From Leucoraja ocellata (lineage: Eukaryota): a stretch of DNA of 64,000 bases. Under the pieces are notes generated by a model, which saw only the letters and a list, made by a program, of their open reading frames with translations, was not told the origin of the DNA and did no database searches. Shown here piece after piece: positions 1 through 13,950 of the stretch (its first letter is position 1; each line of letters opens with the position of its first letter). The DNA lies in the NCBI GenBank assembly GCA_036785375.1, contig JAWMAR010000603.1, positions 558,001 to 622,000 on the forward strand, read 5' to 3'. The position numbers and the translations under genes were made by a program.

Positions 1-2136
1 AATTTAAAGATTGCATGGATGAACTACAACAATTGTTCATCCCAGTTTGGCAAAAGAATAAATCGGGGACGGTAGTGCATCCGTGGATAACAAGGGAAAT
101 CAGGGATAGAATCAAAACAAAAGATGAAGCATACAAATTAGCCAGAAAAAGCAGCCTACCAGAGGACTGGGAGAAATTCAGAGTCCAGCAGAGGAGGACA
201 TAGGGGTTAATTAGGAAAGGGAAAATAGATTATGAAAGAAAACTGGCAGGGAACATAAAAACTGACTGCAAAGGTTTTTATAGATATGTGAAGAGAAAAA
301 GATTAGTTAAAACAAATGTGGGTCCCTTGCCGTCAGAAACAGGTGAATTGATCATGGGGAACAAGGACATGGCAGACCAATTGAATAACTACTTTGGTTC
401 TGTCTTCACTAAGGAAGACATAAATAATCTACCGGAAATAGCAGGGGACCGGGGATCAAATGAGATGGAGGAACTGAGTGAAATCCAGGTTAGCCGGTAA
501 GTGGTGCTAGGTAAATTGAATGGATTAAAGGCCAATAAATCCCCAGGGCCAGATAGGCTGCATCCCAGAATACTTAAGGAAGTAGCCCCAGAAATAGTGG
601 ATGCATTAGTGATAATTTTTCAAAACTCTTTAGATTCTGGAGTAGTTCCTGAGGATTGGAGGGTAGCTAATGTAACCCCACTTTTTAAAAAGAGAGGGAG
701 AGAGAAAACGAGGAATTACAGACCAGTTAGTCTAACATCGGTAATGGGGAAACTGCTAGAGTCAGTTATTAAAGATGGGATAGCAGCACATTTCTAAAGT
801 GGTGAAATCATTGGACAAAATCAGCATGGATTTATGAAAGGTAAATCATGTCTGACGAATCTTATAGAATTTTTCGAGGATGTAACTAGTAGAGTGGATA
901 AGGGAGAACCAGTGGATGTGTTATATCTGGACTTTCAGAAGGCTTTCGACAATGTCCCACATAAGAGATTAGTATACAAACGTAAAGCACATGGTATTGG
1001 AGGTTCAGTATTGATGTGGATAGAGAACTGGCTGGCAGACAGGAAGCAAAGAGTAGGAGTAAACGGATCCTTTTCAGAATAGCAGGCAGTGACTAGTGGG
1101 GTACCGCAAGGCTCAGTTCTGGGACCCCAGCTATTTACAATATATGTTAATGATTTGGACGAGGGAATTGAATGCAACATCTCCAAGTTTGCGGATGACA
1201 CGAAGTTGGGGGGGGCAGTGTTAGCTGTGAGGAGGATGCTAGGAGGCTGCAAGGTGACTTGGATAGGCTGGGTGAGTGGGCAAATGCATGGCAGATGCAG
1301 TATAATGTGGATAAATGTGAGGTTATCCACTTTGGTGACAAAACAGAAAAGTAGACTATTATCTGAATCGTGGCCGATTAGGAAAAGGGGAGATGCAACA
1401 AGACCTGGGTATCATGGTACACCAGTCATTGAAAGTAGGCATGCAGGTGCAGCAGGCAGTGAAGAAAGCGAATAGTATGTTAGCATTCATAGCAAAAGGA
1501 TTTGAGCATAGGAGCAGGGAGGTTCTACTGCAGTTGTACAGGGTCTTGGTGAGACCACACCTGGAGTATTGCGTACAGTTTTGGTCTCCTAATCTGAGGA
1601 AAGACATTCTTGCCATAGAGGGAGTACAGAGAAGGTTCACCAGACTGATTCCTGGGATGTCAGGACTTTCATATGAAGATAGACTCGGCTTGTACTCGTT
1701 AGAATTTAGAAGATTGAGAGGGGATCTTATAGAAACTTACAAAATTCTTAAGGGGTTGGACAGGCTAGATGCAGGAAGATTGTTCCTGATGTTGGGGAAG
1801 TCTAGATCAAGGGGTCACAGTTTAAGGATAAGGGGGAAATCTTTTAGGACCGAGATGAGAAAAACATTTTTCACACAAAGAGTGGTGAATCTCAGGAATT
1901 CTCTGCCACATAAGGCAGTCGAGGCCAGTTCATTGGCTATACTTAAGAGGGAGTTAGATGTGGCCCTTGTGGCTAAAGGGATCAGTGGGTAGGGAGAGAA
2001 GGCAGGTACGGGATACTGAGTTGGATGATCAGCTATGATCATATTGAATGGCGGTGCAGGCTCGAAGGGCTGCACCTAATTGGTGCAGGCTCGAAGGGCT
2101 GCACCTACTCCTGCACCTAATTTCTATGTTTCTATG
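1..2136 (+). mobile_element. CR1-clade LINE (HER1-like), ORF2 reverse transcriptase region plus 3' UTR; inactive, 5' part outside window
   Basis: Consecutive ORFs give [42 protein letters not shown] and RPHLEYCVQFWSP. They are broken by stops at 201, 498, 795 and 1080 and by a frameshift at the G-run near 1207. The element ends in a (TTTCTATG)n tail. Confidence 0.95.
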
Positions 2137-2294
2137 ATACAGAAGTCCCGCTAAATGGCAAACTCACTCAGTCGTCTTTTTGACACCCAAAAATTTGGTG
2201 CTGGACTCCCCAAGGTGGAGCCCAGCCAGACAATTCAGCATTTACACATAGAAATTCAGCTCTCAATTCCTAGAAACATTGTTCCATTGATTTC

Positions 2295-2483
2295 CACGAA
2301 GATGGACTGGAGTAACTCAGCGAGACAGGCAACATCTCTTCATAGAAGGAATGGGTGATGTTTCGGGTCGAGACCCTTCTTCTGACCAATTCCTTCTATC
2401 TAAAGATGTTGCCTGTCTCGCTGACTTACTCCGGCATTGTGTGTCTATCTTCGGTGTAAACCAGCATCTGCAGTTCCTTCCTA
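2295..2483. mobile_element. Fold-back Penelope terminal-repeat insert
   Basis: Two inverted arms of the common GCTGGAGTAACTCAGCG...GACCCTTCTTC repeat, flanked by direct repeat TCCATTGATTTC at 2283-2294 and 2484-2495. Confidence 0.8.
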
Positions 2484-5130
2484 TCCATTGATTTCAGTAT
2501 GGTTTGAAGGGTGTTAGTAAAAATGTGCTTTATACTCACATGGTTTTACCTTGGATTATATTAAAATATCATAATATTAATCATTTTTAAACATTCAGAA
2601 TGTTTTTTAAAGTCTCAACAATTTTGACAACTGACAGGGGAATTTTAGTTCAAGGTTTCTCTTTTTCAAGTTCTTAGTACTTCCCACCACCAATTTCTGG
2701 AACTCTTCAGGCCATCCATATCCAAATCTAGAAGCCTGTGCATGCGGCAGGTACAAAGGCCACTGTGGATTATAAGCCTGTGCCAACAATATCTGATCAG
2801 ACAAGAGATTGTTGTCGTGAGCAAATAGCCACTCCAATCTTTTTAACAAAGATTTAATAATTTTCCTGGGGGGGGATTGATCTCCCAAAACAAAAACAAA
2901 AAGTCATGACGATATTTAACCATTTTGAGCAGACTATAGGGAAATATTAGACAACTTGCTGTTCATCAGAACCATTTTTGTTCCCCCCCCCACCCACAGG
3001 TGCAGTCTTTTCTGCTCAGAAATAAATACTAAAAATAAAAGGCCCATTTTATTAGTAGAGAGTGTGTTTTGTCTATCTTATGAAATGAAATACATTCAAC
3101 TTTCAATAAACTAGAATTTAGTATTAATTGGCAGTGTCTACAGAACAGGTTACTATCGCCCCTGCACAAAATAAATAAATGATAGGAAAAGGCAGACTTT
3201 CCAGTATCTAATTAAGTAATTTTTTATAGAAGTCCAAGTGAAATTTGAAAATGAAAATCTGATAGTGAGCAGACAGAAAAATCAAACTTTGTAAGTATGA
3301 ACAAGGAGTTGAAATGGGCTTGGGGGGGGGGGGGGGGGGGGAGAAGTATGGAGGAGATAATTAGATCAAAACACCAGAGTGGAAGCAGATGAACAGAGCT
3401 TTGGAATGAGTACGCAGTTTTAAGACATCATGGGATCAAATGACACCAAGGTTCAACTTTAGTCAGTTGACAAGAAAATAATTTCTAGCTGAGACCAAAG
3501 ACAGTAACTTCACTGTCTCACTAAGAGATTTCTGTTCAAACAGTTCTAGATACAGAACAAAATCTGCCAATTTTGAGACAGCATACAAATAATGAACAGC
3601 CAGGTGTATATCAGTAGACACTGACACTATGTTTGAATATTATTTTTAAAAGGGCAGAGTGCAGAAGAAACAAATAATTTGTAGTCATCTAGCACTGCGG
3701 TAGCATTATCCGCCTAGTGTGTTGATGAATTAACTTTACAATATGGATCTTCCCCAGTTTACTGGGAGACCAGTAGGGTGGATTTGCCGGCTGCGATGGA
3801 GCTGCAGACATCTTCTGCTATGTGGGAACATTATTCTGAGCAGTATCTGAACAGCAAAGTTAAATGCCCTGGCTTAACTACACACTGCCTTGGTTGACCA
3901 ATATTTTTATTTAAGTATTTTGCCAGGCAGCCACTTTTCCAACCTGCAAACTCATCGGGCAACAAACTGCTCTTAGGAACTGGGAGGATCTGTACAGCTA
4001 TAAATGAACCCGTCATATTGGGAATGCAGCGGCTTCTCTAAACCGCATTCCATGCCCGTGTGCAATGCCAAAAGAGGCTTCCTAATATTAAATAGCAGCT
4101 GAAATAAGATCATTTTATTTTCTAGCAAGCAGAAATGGTTAAAACTGAAAAATAATGTTACTTAAAATACCCATGCATTTGAAATAAAACTAGGATGTCT
4201 GAATTACAAACTTACCAAAGCATATCAATCAATTTTAATTCCTGTAATTATGACCCACATCTGCTTTAAGGAAAATAAGCTACCTTCCTGGAAAGGTTAA
4301 CAGTACATTTACAGGAGAATACAGCAATTCTTTTCATATCTTTGTTGTTGACTCAAAGCCAGGATGACAACCGAATGAACATGAAGATCAAGGGCAACAA
4401 AGTAAAAATATACAGAATTACAAGACCACAGGGCAACACAAGACTCACAAAAATAGGGTTCAAGACAATTTCTGCAGCCTAAAACCTTGAATCCTCCGAG
4501 ACTATTAGATCAGCAGTCACTGAACATTCATCATTCCCTAGGCTGAAGGCAAACTTTCAAGACAGCATTAATAGGGCAAAAACAGGCTACACGATCTGTG
4601 CTACGTGCCATCAGTTCAACCAAAGGGCTCGTGACTGCTGGCTAAATAAGTCAAATCACTGCCTGCTTATGGATGCATGTCACAGCTTCTTCTGCTGTTC
4701 AGTTATTTGCCTACTTCACAAGATGAGGTGTACAAGCTTTACTGATTAAAGGACACTGTACAGATGCAATTGGTTGTACACATAAAAATGCAATGTTCCC
4801 ATGCTACCTTTTAAAATGTTAAGCACCTGTTATTAATGTATTTTATGTTTGACAAGACACTGGAATATTTATGAAGACGCTGGAATATTTATCTAGAGAA
4901 TGAATGAACTTCAAAAAAAAAAAACCCCATCATGCCAGGAACGACTTACCAAACTACAAACGCAGGTTGAATCAAATTTTAAAATGCTACAGTGAGAAAA
5001 AAACTACTTCAATTGCACAAAGTAGTCACACTAAGGGTGCAGAAACATGATCCTAACTTTTGCTGTCTGTCTCATAACTCCAATCCTGGATTCCCATGCG
5101 AGTGTGCTGTGCAGCATAAACATTTGGGAC

Positions 5131-5830
5131 TCAAGGTTTCAAGGTCAGTTTACTGTCACATGTACCAATTAAGGTACAGTGAAATCTGAGTTGCCATACT
5201 AAGTGAAAAGCAACAAGACACACAACCACATAAAAGTTAACATAAACATCCATCATAGTGGATTCCACATTCTTCACTGTTGGAAGTCAATAAAGTTCAA
5301 TCTTCTTCCTCTTTGTTCTCCTGCGGTCCGGGCAGTCAAATCATCTGCAGTCAGGGCGATCGAAACCCCCGCAGCCGACGGTCGAAGCCCCCGTCAGGGT
5401 GATCGAAATTCCCGCGCTGGGGCAATTGAAACTCTCTCCCGAGTCGACCTCTTCTTACCGGAGACCGCAAGCTTCACGATGTCTACAGGCCCCACGGTTG
5501 GAGCTTCGATCCCCGGCAAAGAGATCTCATGCTCTGCGATGTTAAAGTCCCGCAGACTCCCGCGGCATAGAGCGCCTGTCGTCTCCAGGAAAGGCCACCA
5601 ACTCCACAATGTTAGGCCACAGTGGGGATGGAGATACGATACAGGGAGAAAAAAAAAATGTGCGTCCCCGTCGAGGTAAGAGATTGAAAATAAGTCCTCC
5701 CCCCACCCCCCACATAAAACGAACCAAGGAACACTAAACATACCTTTTAACACATGCTAAAAATAACAAGAAGAAGAAAGGACAGACAGACTGTTGGCGA
5801 GGCAGCCACTGCTGGTGGCGCCACCTGGTG
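5131..5830 (-). mobile_element. Non-coding retroelement (SINE-like) with Rex1-like tail; same family as 56302-57060
   Basis: The reverse complement shares the head CACCAGGTGGCGCC...GCCTCGCCAACAGTCTGTC, the middle GGCCTAACAT.GTGGAG and the tail TTTCACTGTACCTT...GTGACA with the 56.3 kb copy. Confidence 0.75.
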
Positions 5831-7320
5831 AGAGTTATATCTGGCAATTCACCATCATTGGAGTCCAACTGTAAGGACTAGAGTACGTTTCTTGGCTTCT
5901 CAAGGATTGCATTGAGGGAAACAGTCAATTGAATATTGTGTCGGTTTAGACCTCAGGATTGCAATCATCAATTTCAATGAGGATCACAAGAGTAAATATC
6001 AAGGCGATAAAAGAGAAGCCCAATTATCCTTTCTTAAATTATTTATTCGATATTAAACCAGGTTCAAATCTCTTTTTTGTTTACACTTAGTTTTAGGCAA
6101 AATCCAGCCTTTTCAGTTACATGTCATCAAGAGATGATTCCTGCCCTGAAACAATTAAATCCAAATAAATCTAAACTAGTGGTAGTCATTGGACAGATTG
6201 GTTCAATCTTCGCCTCAAATACAATCTGAACAAAAACTTTCTTGTAACTGCCCCATTTCAAACGACACTACAACTCTCCACCTTCTTCAGCAAGTCATGC
6301 CACGGATCCACCTTCCCCAAATTTTGATTGAAAATCTGGGTTGGAGCACCAAAAACTCACCTATTCATTGCACATTTAAGCGGTTGCATTGTTTACATAT
6401 GGTACGTTCATCATTTTGGTTCAACTCCTGATGACAAATGTAAGGACTCACCACTTCTCACAAGGGTAACCTTTAGTTTTTCCACATGGACTAACAATCC
6501 GCAAGATTACACCCACTTTTGATGCAATTTCTCAAAAAGTCCTCACGGTCAAAAGATTATTAGCCTTGAACATACTCAGAGCATTTACAGCCCTCTGGAG
6601 GTAGAACAAATATTTTCAGGGAGTCAAGGAATTTCTCTTCATCTTAGACCTAAACAGCCAACACCTTACCCTAAAATTATATCCCAGTCCCTGCAACACA
6701 AGGAAACATCCTCTTAACATCCATCATGTCAATCTTGATAAGAATCTTTGATGCCATGAGGTCAACTCTCATTGTTCCAATCTGAAGTATACATCATTTC
6801 TTCCTCTCTCCTATGATTGATAAAGGCAACAACTTTTGCATTGTGGATTTATACCAATTTATAATTTAAAACCATTTATGAAAACCTTCCTGTCTACGCA
6901 TAAACAAACGTAGAAGTGCTAAATGTTACCATCCAATTTTACATTTCTCCTCATTAGCTCTTCCATTTTCATCTATCCATGACAAATGAATCAAATAGGA
7001 AAACAAGGCTCAAAAGTGAGTAATGCCGGTCATGATTGCAACTGTTCTGAGAGAGGGGCCAAGGGCTGTTTTCACATTCCTTAAAAAAAATACTTCTGGC
7101 AAAAACAATGAGAGATAACGTGAGAAACTAAATAAGCTCTATTAATTCTCTGCTTTTAAACAAAGTAGATTGTTTCACCTCTCTGGATTTTGACACTAGT
7201 AGGAAATTAAAAGTAGATACTCAAATTACAAGTCATTTAACAGATACAGTGAATCTATTTTATTTGCGACTAACACTGAATTGCATGTTATGAGAAATGC
7301 TAGCATTGAAGCAGACTTAC

Positions 7321-7394
7321 CCTCGAGGATTCATACGTTGGGCTTGGCTGGTCAGCTGATCCCCAAGAATTAGTACCTGTTCTTTCTTCCATTA
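7321..7394 (-). CDS. TCF12: TCF12/HEB third coding exon, (V)MEERTGTNSWGSADQPSPTYESSR
   Basis: 74 nt, with acceptor ttttcttttgatAG and donor AGG/GTAAGT. Its phase-1 start matches the previous exon. It resembles human TCF12 [24 protein letters not shown] as I recall it. It is absent from the ORF track. Confidence 0.93.
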
Positions 7395-8590
7395 CTATCA
7401 AAAGAAAATACAGCGTTACTTAGACTGAAGATAGCGCTCAAAAAACGCGTTTGCATCATTTGTGTTTCTTAAATTACTTTTTTGAAAACGTGAGGTAAAT
7501 TTAACATAATAATAAATTCCTCAAACATTATCTAAATATCGGCAAACCCAATAGCATCCTGCCAAATTAGTTCTTAGGAAATTCTTAGAACTATGTATTG
7601 TTGATCGACAAAAATGTAATTTCATTTCCATTCTTTAACTGAAGGTGCTCACTGTGATAGGATACGAGCACAAGGAAATGAGACAAATTTTCCATTTTAG
7701 ACCAGTGCCAATTATTTTAAGATTCTTCAAAAGCAACAAGTTTCCTCAGTTATTTTTAACCAAACATCTTGGACCTATCCTCAAAAAACACATTTGCTTC
7801 ACAAATTATTTTCCATCCTGAACCACCAAATGAGGTGCCAATTAGTATAAAATTATAGGCATGTTTGTACTTGGAAATATTTTTGATACTGCCCCGACTT
7901 GTATAATGAAGATGCTCAAGCTGGTAAAGAAAACATATCCATTTGGATTAGATTCAAATCAAGATTTCAGAACTGAAAGTCCTTGATAGACCACAGTGGA
8001 GACACAAGAGACTGTAGATGCTGGGGGGGAAAAAAAGTGCTGGAGGAATTCAGCAGCTCAGGCAGCATTTGTGGAGGGAAATGGCAAATGAGATGACTTT
8101 CTGGATCCGATCCTTTCACAAGATACCAGCACTGTGATTTTTTTGCACATTGATACAAGTAATAGAGGTCCAGTACAATATCTCTTAACAATCAACTTTA
8201 AACGGGTATAATACAAACTAGAACTGGTCTTTAGTGAAAAACAATATTTGACCCAGGAAAAAATTATACAACTGTTTCTGCAATTTTAACATGCTTTAAT
8301 CTTCTTTTGTAAAGGCCGCTTTATAGATCTACAGAATAGAGCTTTCCACAACTTGACTGTATCTTGTCTTCCACACCTTTCAGTGAAAATTACATCACAG
8401 ATTTCTAGACCCAACTACCAGTTTATTTTTGATTTGTTTCTACCAACTGCATATACACTTCCAATAATTAGTGGATCAGCAGCATTAACATTTCACTTCT
8501 CCAACCAACTATCATGACCAATATTAATATACTACAATGTTTTTCATTAAGAAATTGATATAAAATAGACCAAAACACAAAGTATAAAGT

Positions 8591-8642
8591 ACAGTAAATA
8601 CAGTAGACTAGACATGACAGTAAATACAGTAGACTAGACATG
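8591..8642. repeat. Perfect 26-bp tandem duplication
   Basis: ACAGTAAATACAGTAGACTAGACATG occurs twice. Confidence 0.95.
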
Positions 8643-9140
8643 GATTGAAACTTTTGCACATCTCTATTCTTGAACCAATCATTATTTAGATAATATACAC
8701 TTTTAATATTGTCCATGAGACCAATGAACTTTCACAGTTTCTACTTAATCTCTGACATTATCTTAAACTACATCCTCCCCTGTAGTTTTATGTCCTCTTC
8801 AGAACAACTTTCATGTCCATCAGCAAATTTATCACACCTCTGGATGTTCAAATGATTTAATTATACAATGCAACTGAACAAATAAAATTAAGTCTGCACA
8901 AAACAGGAGCTTCATACTTGAACGGGATTTTTTTTCCTTCCAATCACATTGTGAAAAAGTGAAATTTGGATATTCTACTCTGATATTTGGCTATGTATTA
9001 GCAACCTCTTAAATGTTAACTTCAATGGCAATAAGATTTTTCACCACAAATTCCATCATCTGGGATACAATAGTTAATTGTGTGCATTCATACTGTGCAT
9101 GAATGCAAACAATTGGTCAAGGAGAAGATAATTTACAGTG

Positions 9141-9143
<3 letters not shown>

Positions 9144-9185
<42 letters not shown>
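9144..9185. repeat. (AT)n microsatellite
   Basis: Uninterrupted AT dinucleotide run; it explains the YIYIYI ORFs. Confidence 0.98.
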
Positions 9186-9188
<3 letters not shown>

Positions 9189-10009
9189 ACAATATCTTTC
9201 CTTCTATATTTATATTTACTGTCTTCGAGTTTTTAAAACCTGTAAATATACAAACATTAGGATGATGAAGAAATCTTTTGGTTTTAATTCCAAGTTTTAA
9301 CAATTGTAGGTCTTTCATACCATATCCAAACAACTAATCATTAATAATTCAGTTCAAGATGAAAAACCATGGATCAAAACATTTATTTTCAAAGCAATGG
9401 TAAAATAGGGTGCAAGCTTGCCAGCTGACTAGGCTGATCCAATGATAGATTTTAACCAATAAAAACTAGATTTCCGATATAGTAATAACAGGTGTACTTA
9501 TGCTTCTGCCAAGCCAGTGCCCAAGTTTCTAACTTCATTTCACCCATAATGATACTCTTAAGTATAGATTCTATCTAGCATCAAATAACATGAACATTTT
9601 TTCAAATCAAATTTTCCCAACTTCCATGAAGATGCAATGTTGAAATGGTTTCAGCAAATTGCCCAACTCCATTGAAATTGTTTTATCAAATGGTAATGTT
9701 CAGTTGTTACATCATTTCTACCTTTATCATGTGAACAATCCATTTTATTTCATGAAATGCAATTTGAGATGTGCAAATTTCCATCAATAAAAATGTAATT
9801 TTGCTTCATCAAAAATTCTATCCTTAAAGAAATGCACTTTAGCGTTTAAATCTGTCTTGTGTAGAAATATTCAACATTCCAATATTCAACCATGATTGCA
9901 TTCACTCCTGATTCAGTCTCCATCTGTTCGGGCATTGATGTTTCTAAATGCTGAATCCAACATGAAGGAATTTTAGTTTGCAAATTCCAAAAGGCAAGTC
10001 AATTAAGAA

Positions 10010-10102
10010 CAATTAAGTCTGAAGAAGGCTCTCGGACCCGATTCCTTCTCTGCAGAGATGCTGCCTGTCCCGCTGAGTTACTCCAGCATTTTGTGTCTAA
10101 CT
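10010..10102 (+). mobile_element. Single-arm Penelope terminal-repeat insert
   Basis: AGTCTGAAGAAGG...GCTGAGTTACTCCAGCATTTTGTGTCTA, flanked by TCAATTAAGAA at 9999-10009 and 10103-10113. Confidence 0.75.
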
Positions 10103-10535
10103 TCAATTAAGAATATGTTTGGCTTTGAAGTTGATCCCCAATGCAGATTCCAATTTCTCATGGCCAATTATGTACAGTTAAGGATAGCTACTCATCAGTT
10201 AACAGATAGTTGAACCAAAATTAAATAGAACAATTATTAAACAGCACTTCCATTCAAGATATGAAAACCCAATTGAATGAAACTCGGCTAATATTTAACT
10301 GGGAATTTTATAATATTACTAGAACAAGTGGGACCACTCACCCATAGCCGACAACTGCGCAGGTGGTGCTCATTTCGCCTTATGCACCCTCCCTCATTTG
10401 TAAAATTTTGAAAAATGCATTTGCACTTGTTAGTTAGCAGAACTCAGTGTACTGTGACATTAAAACAAATGCATGTGCACTTGCTAAGGCTAGCAGGACT
10501 CAGTGTACTTGAAAAGCAACAATGTTGCGAGCAGG

Positions 10536-10734
10536 NNNNNNNNNNNNNNNNNNNNNNNNNNNNNNNNNNNNNNNNNNNNNNNNNNNNNNNNNNNNNNNNN
10601 NNNNNNNNNNNNNNNNNNNNNNNNNNNNNNNNNNNNNNNNNNNNNNNNNNNNNNNNNNNNNNNNNNNNNNNNNNNNNNNNNNNNNNNNNNNNNNNNNNNN
10701 NNNNNNNNNNNNNNNNNNNNNNNNNNNNNNNNNN
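10536..10734. other. Assembly gap
   Basis: Run of N. Confidence 1.
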
Positions 10735-13700
10735 TGTAGTTATAAGAATGGTTAAATTTGGTCTTCATATACAGTTCAGTTCAAGATTGGACGTTAATAC
10801 GTTAAGCAGACCAGTCTATGCGTAATAATTCTCTTGGAAAGAATAGGAAGTGGAGAGAGAAAATACCATTAGAAAATACCATCCCAGCATTGTTCAACAT
10901 GGAGAGAATGTTGCAACAGCAGCTGCAAGGGAATCAGGCTGACCAGTGTCAAACTACGTGTGCGTGTATGCGTGCGTGTATGCATGCGCGTACACATGCG
11001 AGTGCATGTAAAGAGTAGAGAAGAAATTAGCACACATGCCAATCCAGATAAGCAACTGGAGACTGAGATAAATGCCGAAGTGTCTGCTAAGATATCAGAA
11101 TGTTAGCCCCTCATCGGGCTGGATGGATTAAATGGTGGCACAGCCAGCTACAAGGGGAAGGTACCCTGACCTTCACACTATCAATGCCAAATGTCATCTG
11201 CTCACTCTCTCGCCCTCACTATGGAATGACTGGGCACAGAAATAAATGTTTCTCATAAAGCATGGAAGGTGTCTGTTCTTCAACTGATTTCTTTCTCCCC
11301 AGAAACAGAGGCTTGAGAAAATTAGTTATTACTGAAATATTTCAACGTTCCTTTACTAATTTCTGCCCAGTCTACAATTTCACTACAATTTTTTTACATT
11401 CAATCAGACCATAGGTCATGACAGAGAACCGGAGTCCACCCAATTTAAATCTTCAAGATGTTGCAATCAATAAATAAATAGTTAATTTATTTTCCTGGTA
11501 AGGGATCGGTGTAAATTTTAATGCGCATGTACAAGGCTCAGAGGACAACATTGAACGCAGAACTTTGAGTCTTAGATAGTTTTCTGTCTCCGATTCAAGC
11601 CAACGCTTTTTGACCAAGGAATGCAAGGAAGCAAATCTATAACAATAGGTTGTTGAATTACAGGAAAATTGCAACAACGACAAGATAATCATTAAGCAGA
11701 TAAAAATAAATCAAGAGTGAATTCCAGGAGCTTTGAGCAATCATTTTAATGACAATTCTTTATTGTTTCTTCTTTTATTACTCAACTATTTTATATAACC
11801 AGCAATAAATCACTCACTCAAATGTCAAAATCCATCAGGACAAAAGCACAAAATGTAGACTTGTGGGCAAAAGCTATAATTATGACTGCATCCAAGAGGT
11901 TTGCTTTAAGTTTGCCTTCAGGATATGAAATCTTTGGATAGTCAAAATCTGTGCTGAGAAGTTAATGGTGATTGATAAGCAATCTTCAGAACCCATAAGC
12001 AATGCAATATTAACAAGTTACTGCCAGATAATGGACTCGCATGTCCACTTGAAACTCATGTCACTCGTCACAATGGTTACACAAAATCCACATGTTGCTG
12101 GAAGTTTCAAACAGGTAGATCTTCTATAACTAGATAGCTGCTCTCTTACAAAATATTGCATATAAAAACAATTGTGTCTATAGGAAGGCGCAGGGGGGGG
12201 GGGGGTGGGGTGGGGGCGTTAGGGACTAGAGTTTCAGATTAACATTGTTATTTTTACTGCATGATTTTCAACAAAAAGGTATTTTTAAGAGCTACGTCTG
12301 TTTTTCTAGTTAAAATAATAATGGCTGCATTTTACATTGTTCGAGTTTCATTGCACAAATGTCATTAGAAGCAATTGCCTGTCAACTTCACTGACCATTA
12401 GTGTGATACAATCGTTTTATATCTGTAGTGAAACACTTTCGAGCAGAACTGCCAGTATTCAGTAGATCAGGCAGCATCTGTAAAAAGACAGACTGCAATA
12501 CTGGCAGTTCCTGGCCCACTGAGAGTTTCCAACAGGTTATGTCACTAACAATCAGGATGGATTTAATTTTTATTCAGATTCCCACCATGAAGATTTTTGC
12601 CATCAACCATGTTTTCTCAGCAACAACCTCCACCCCCACTCCAAATTGTGAGGATTACAAGACCATCTGAAACATTCTCCCAATTCCTTTGAGATAGAAG
12701 CCATCCAATGCAACAAATCAAAGTGGTACGATAAGGGTCAGAATCCAACATTCAACTCAGCTCTAAACAAGCTGTCCCATTTTGGATTTTCCACAATTTA
12801 TGGATGCAGCATATCAGATACATCTTCTTAGACAGGATTATTGTAATGTTGACAAAATACTAGACTTCAGTCAAAAGCATCAAAATATCCAGTATCTCAA
12901 AGGGCATCTACTCCAACTTTAAAATCCTGATGCGCATTTTAAAGGAATGCACAATATTGATCGTTAAGAGCAATTTCAACATTAGATCAGGATGAGACAC
13001 AATCCTCTGGTAATGGTATGATAGGCAAGGAATAAAAGAGGGACATACTGTTGAAAATGCTTTGTTATTAAAACACCCAACTTCATCAGAATAATAAGCA
13101 CAAAGCATCTTGGCAACGCACCTGCTCCAAGCAATATCACCATGTTTGATTATATCATCCAAGTGATTGCAAAGATGTCTACATCACCCACTCCACTAAA
13201 GGTGAACTGCTGAACTGAACATTGCTTAATCTGCTCTATTAACCCGATCAACCTGGCAGCAAAACATCAGCAGCAACAAAACATTAGCATCAGCAGACGT
13301 ATTGTTACATATTCAATGTCAAAGCATTCAAAAAAACCCACAAAACTCTCTTTTCAGACCACACCTCACAGACAACCTGTCAATTCTCACCTATGAGAGC
13401 CACATAGTGTCCACAGCCAATGAAGTCTGCAATAATTGGCACGTTGAGCAAGAACCAGGCCAGGTTTGATGAGGATAGCCAGCAGATCAAGCAGTTAATT
13501 AGCTGCAACGTGTTCCTGGATTGAAAAGTCCCACTGATCCCCAAAAGGAAAAGCAACAGCAATACAGGTAACTGAAGCCAGATGCTCAGAGGAAGCTCAA
13601 ACATCAAATAGCAGATGGTAGACGGAGACAGCACAGAGGGCTCATCAACTCAGATAGTCATGGCTTGTGAAGACCATTAGCACTGGAAGAAGCTATCGAC

Positions 13701-13950
13701 ATTCATGTGCACCTCTATCCTCATCTACTGCATCCGCTGCTCTAGATATGGCTTCCTTTATGTTGGCAAAGCGTAGAAAAGGCAATTGTTTTGCCGAACA
13801 CGCACTTGATCCACCAAGGTCTAGTGGATCTCCCGATTGCTAGCCATTTTAGTTCCTCATCCCTCTCCCATAATGACCTTTCAGTCCTGGGCCACATCTA
13901 TTGCCAGAGGCCACACCCAAACTGGAGATATGAATTCCTTCATAATTCCG

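Noticed and set aside
3323-3341. Poly-G tracts (also near 12195, 27775 and 46337) and short tandem repeats at 20064-20105 and 42400-42460
   Set aside because: Ordinary simple repeats with no sign of function.
5203-5753. 158-aa and 119-aa ORFs, and the similar ORFs at 56254-56781
   Set aside because: They lie within a repeat family and the frames are not shared between the two copies.
2137-7320. Search for the next TCF12 exon (GFTDSPHY-like)
   Set aside because: No matching minus-strand frame with splice sites seen; it probably lies left of the window.
10415-10825. ORFs spanning X runs
   Set aside because: Artefacts of the N gap.
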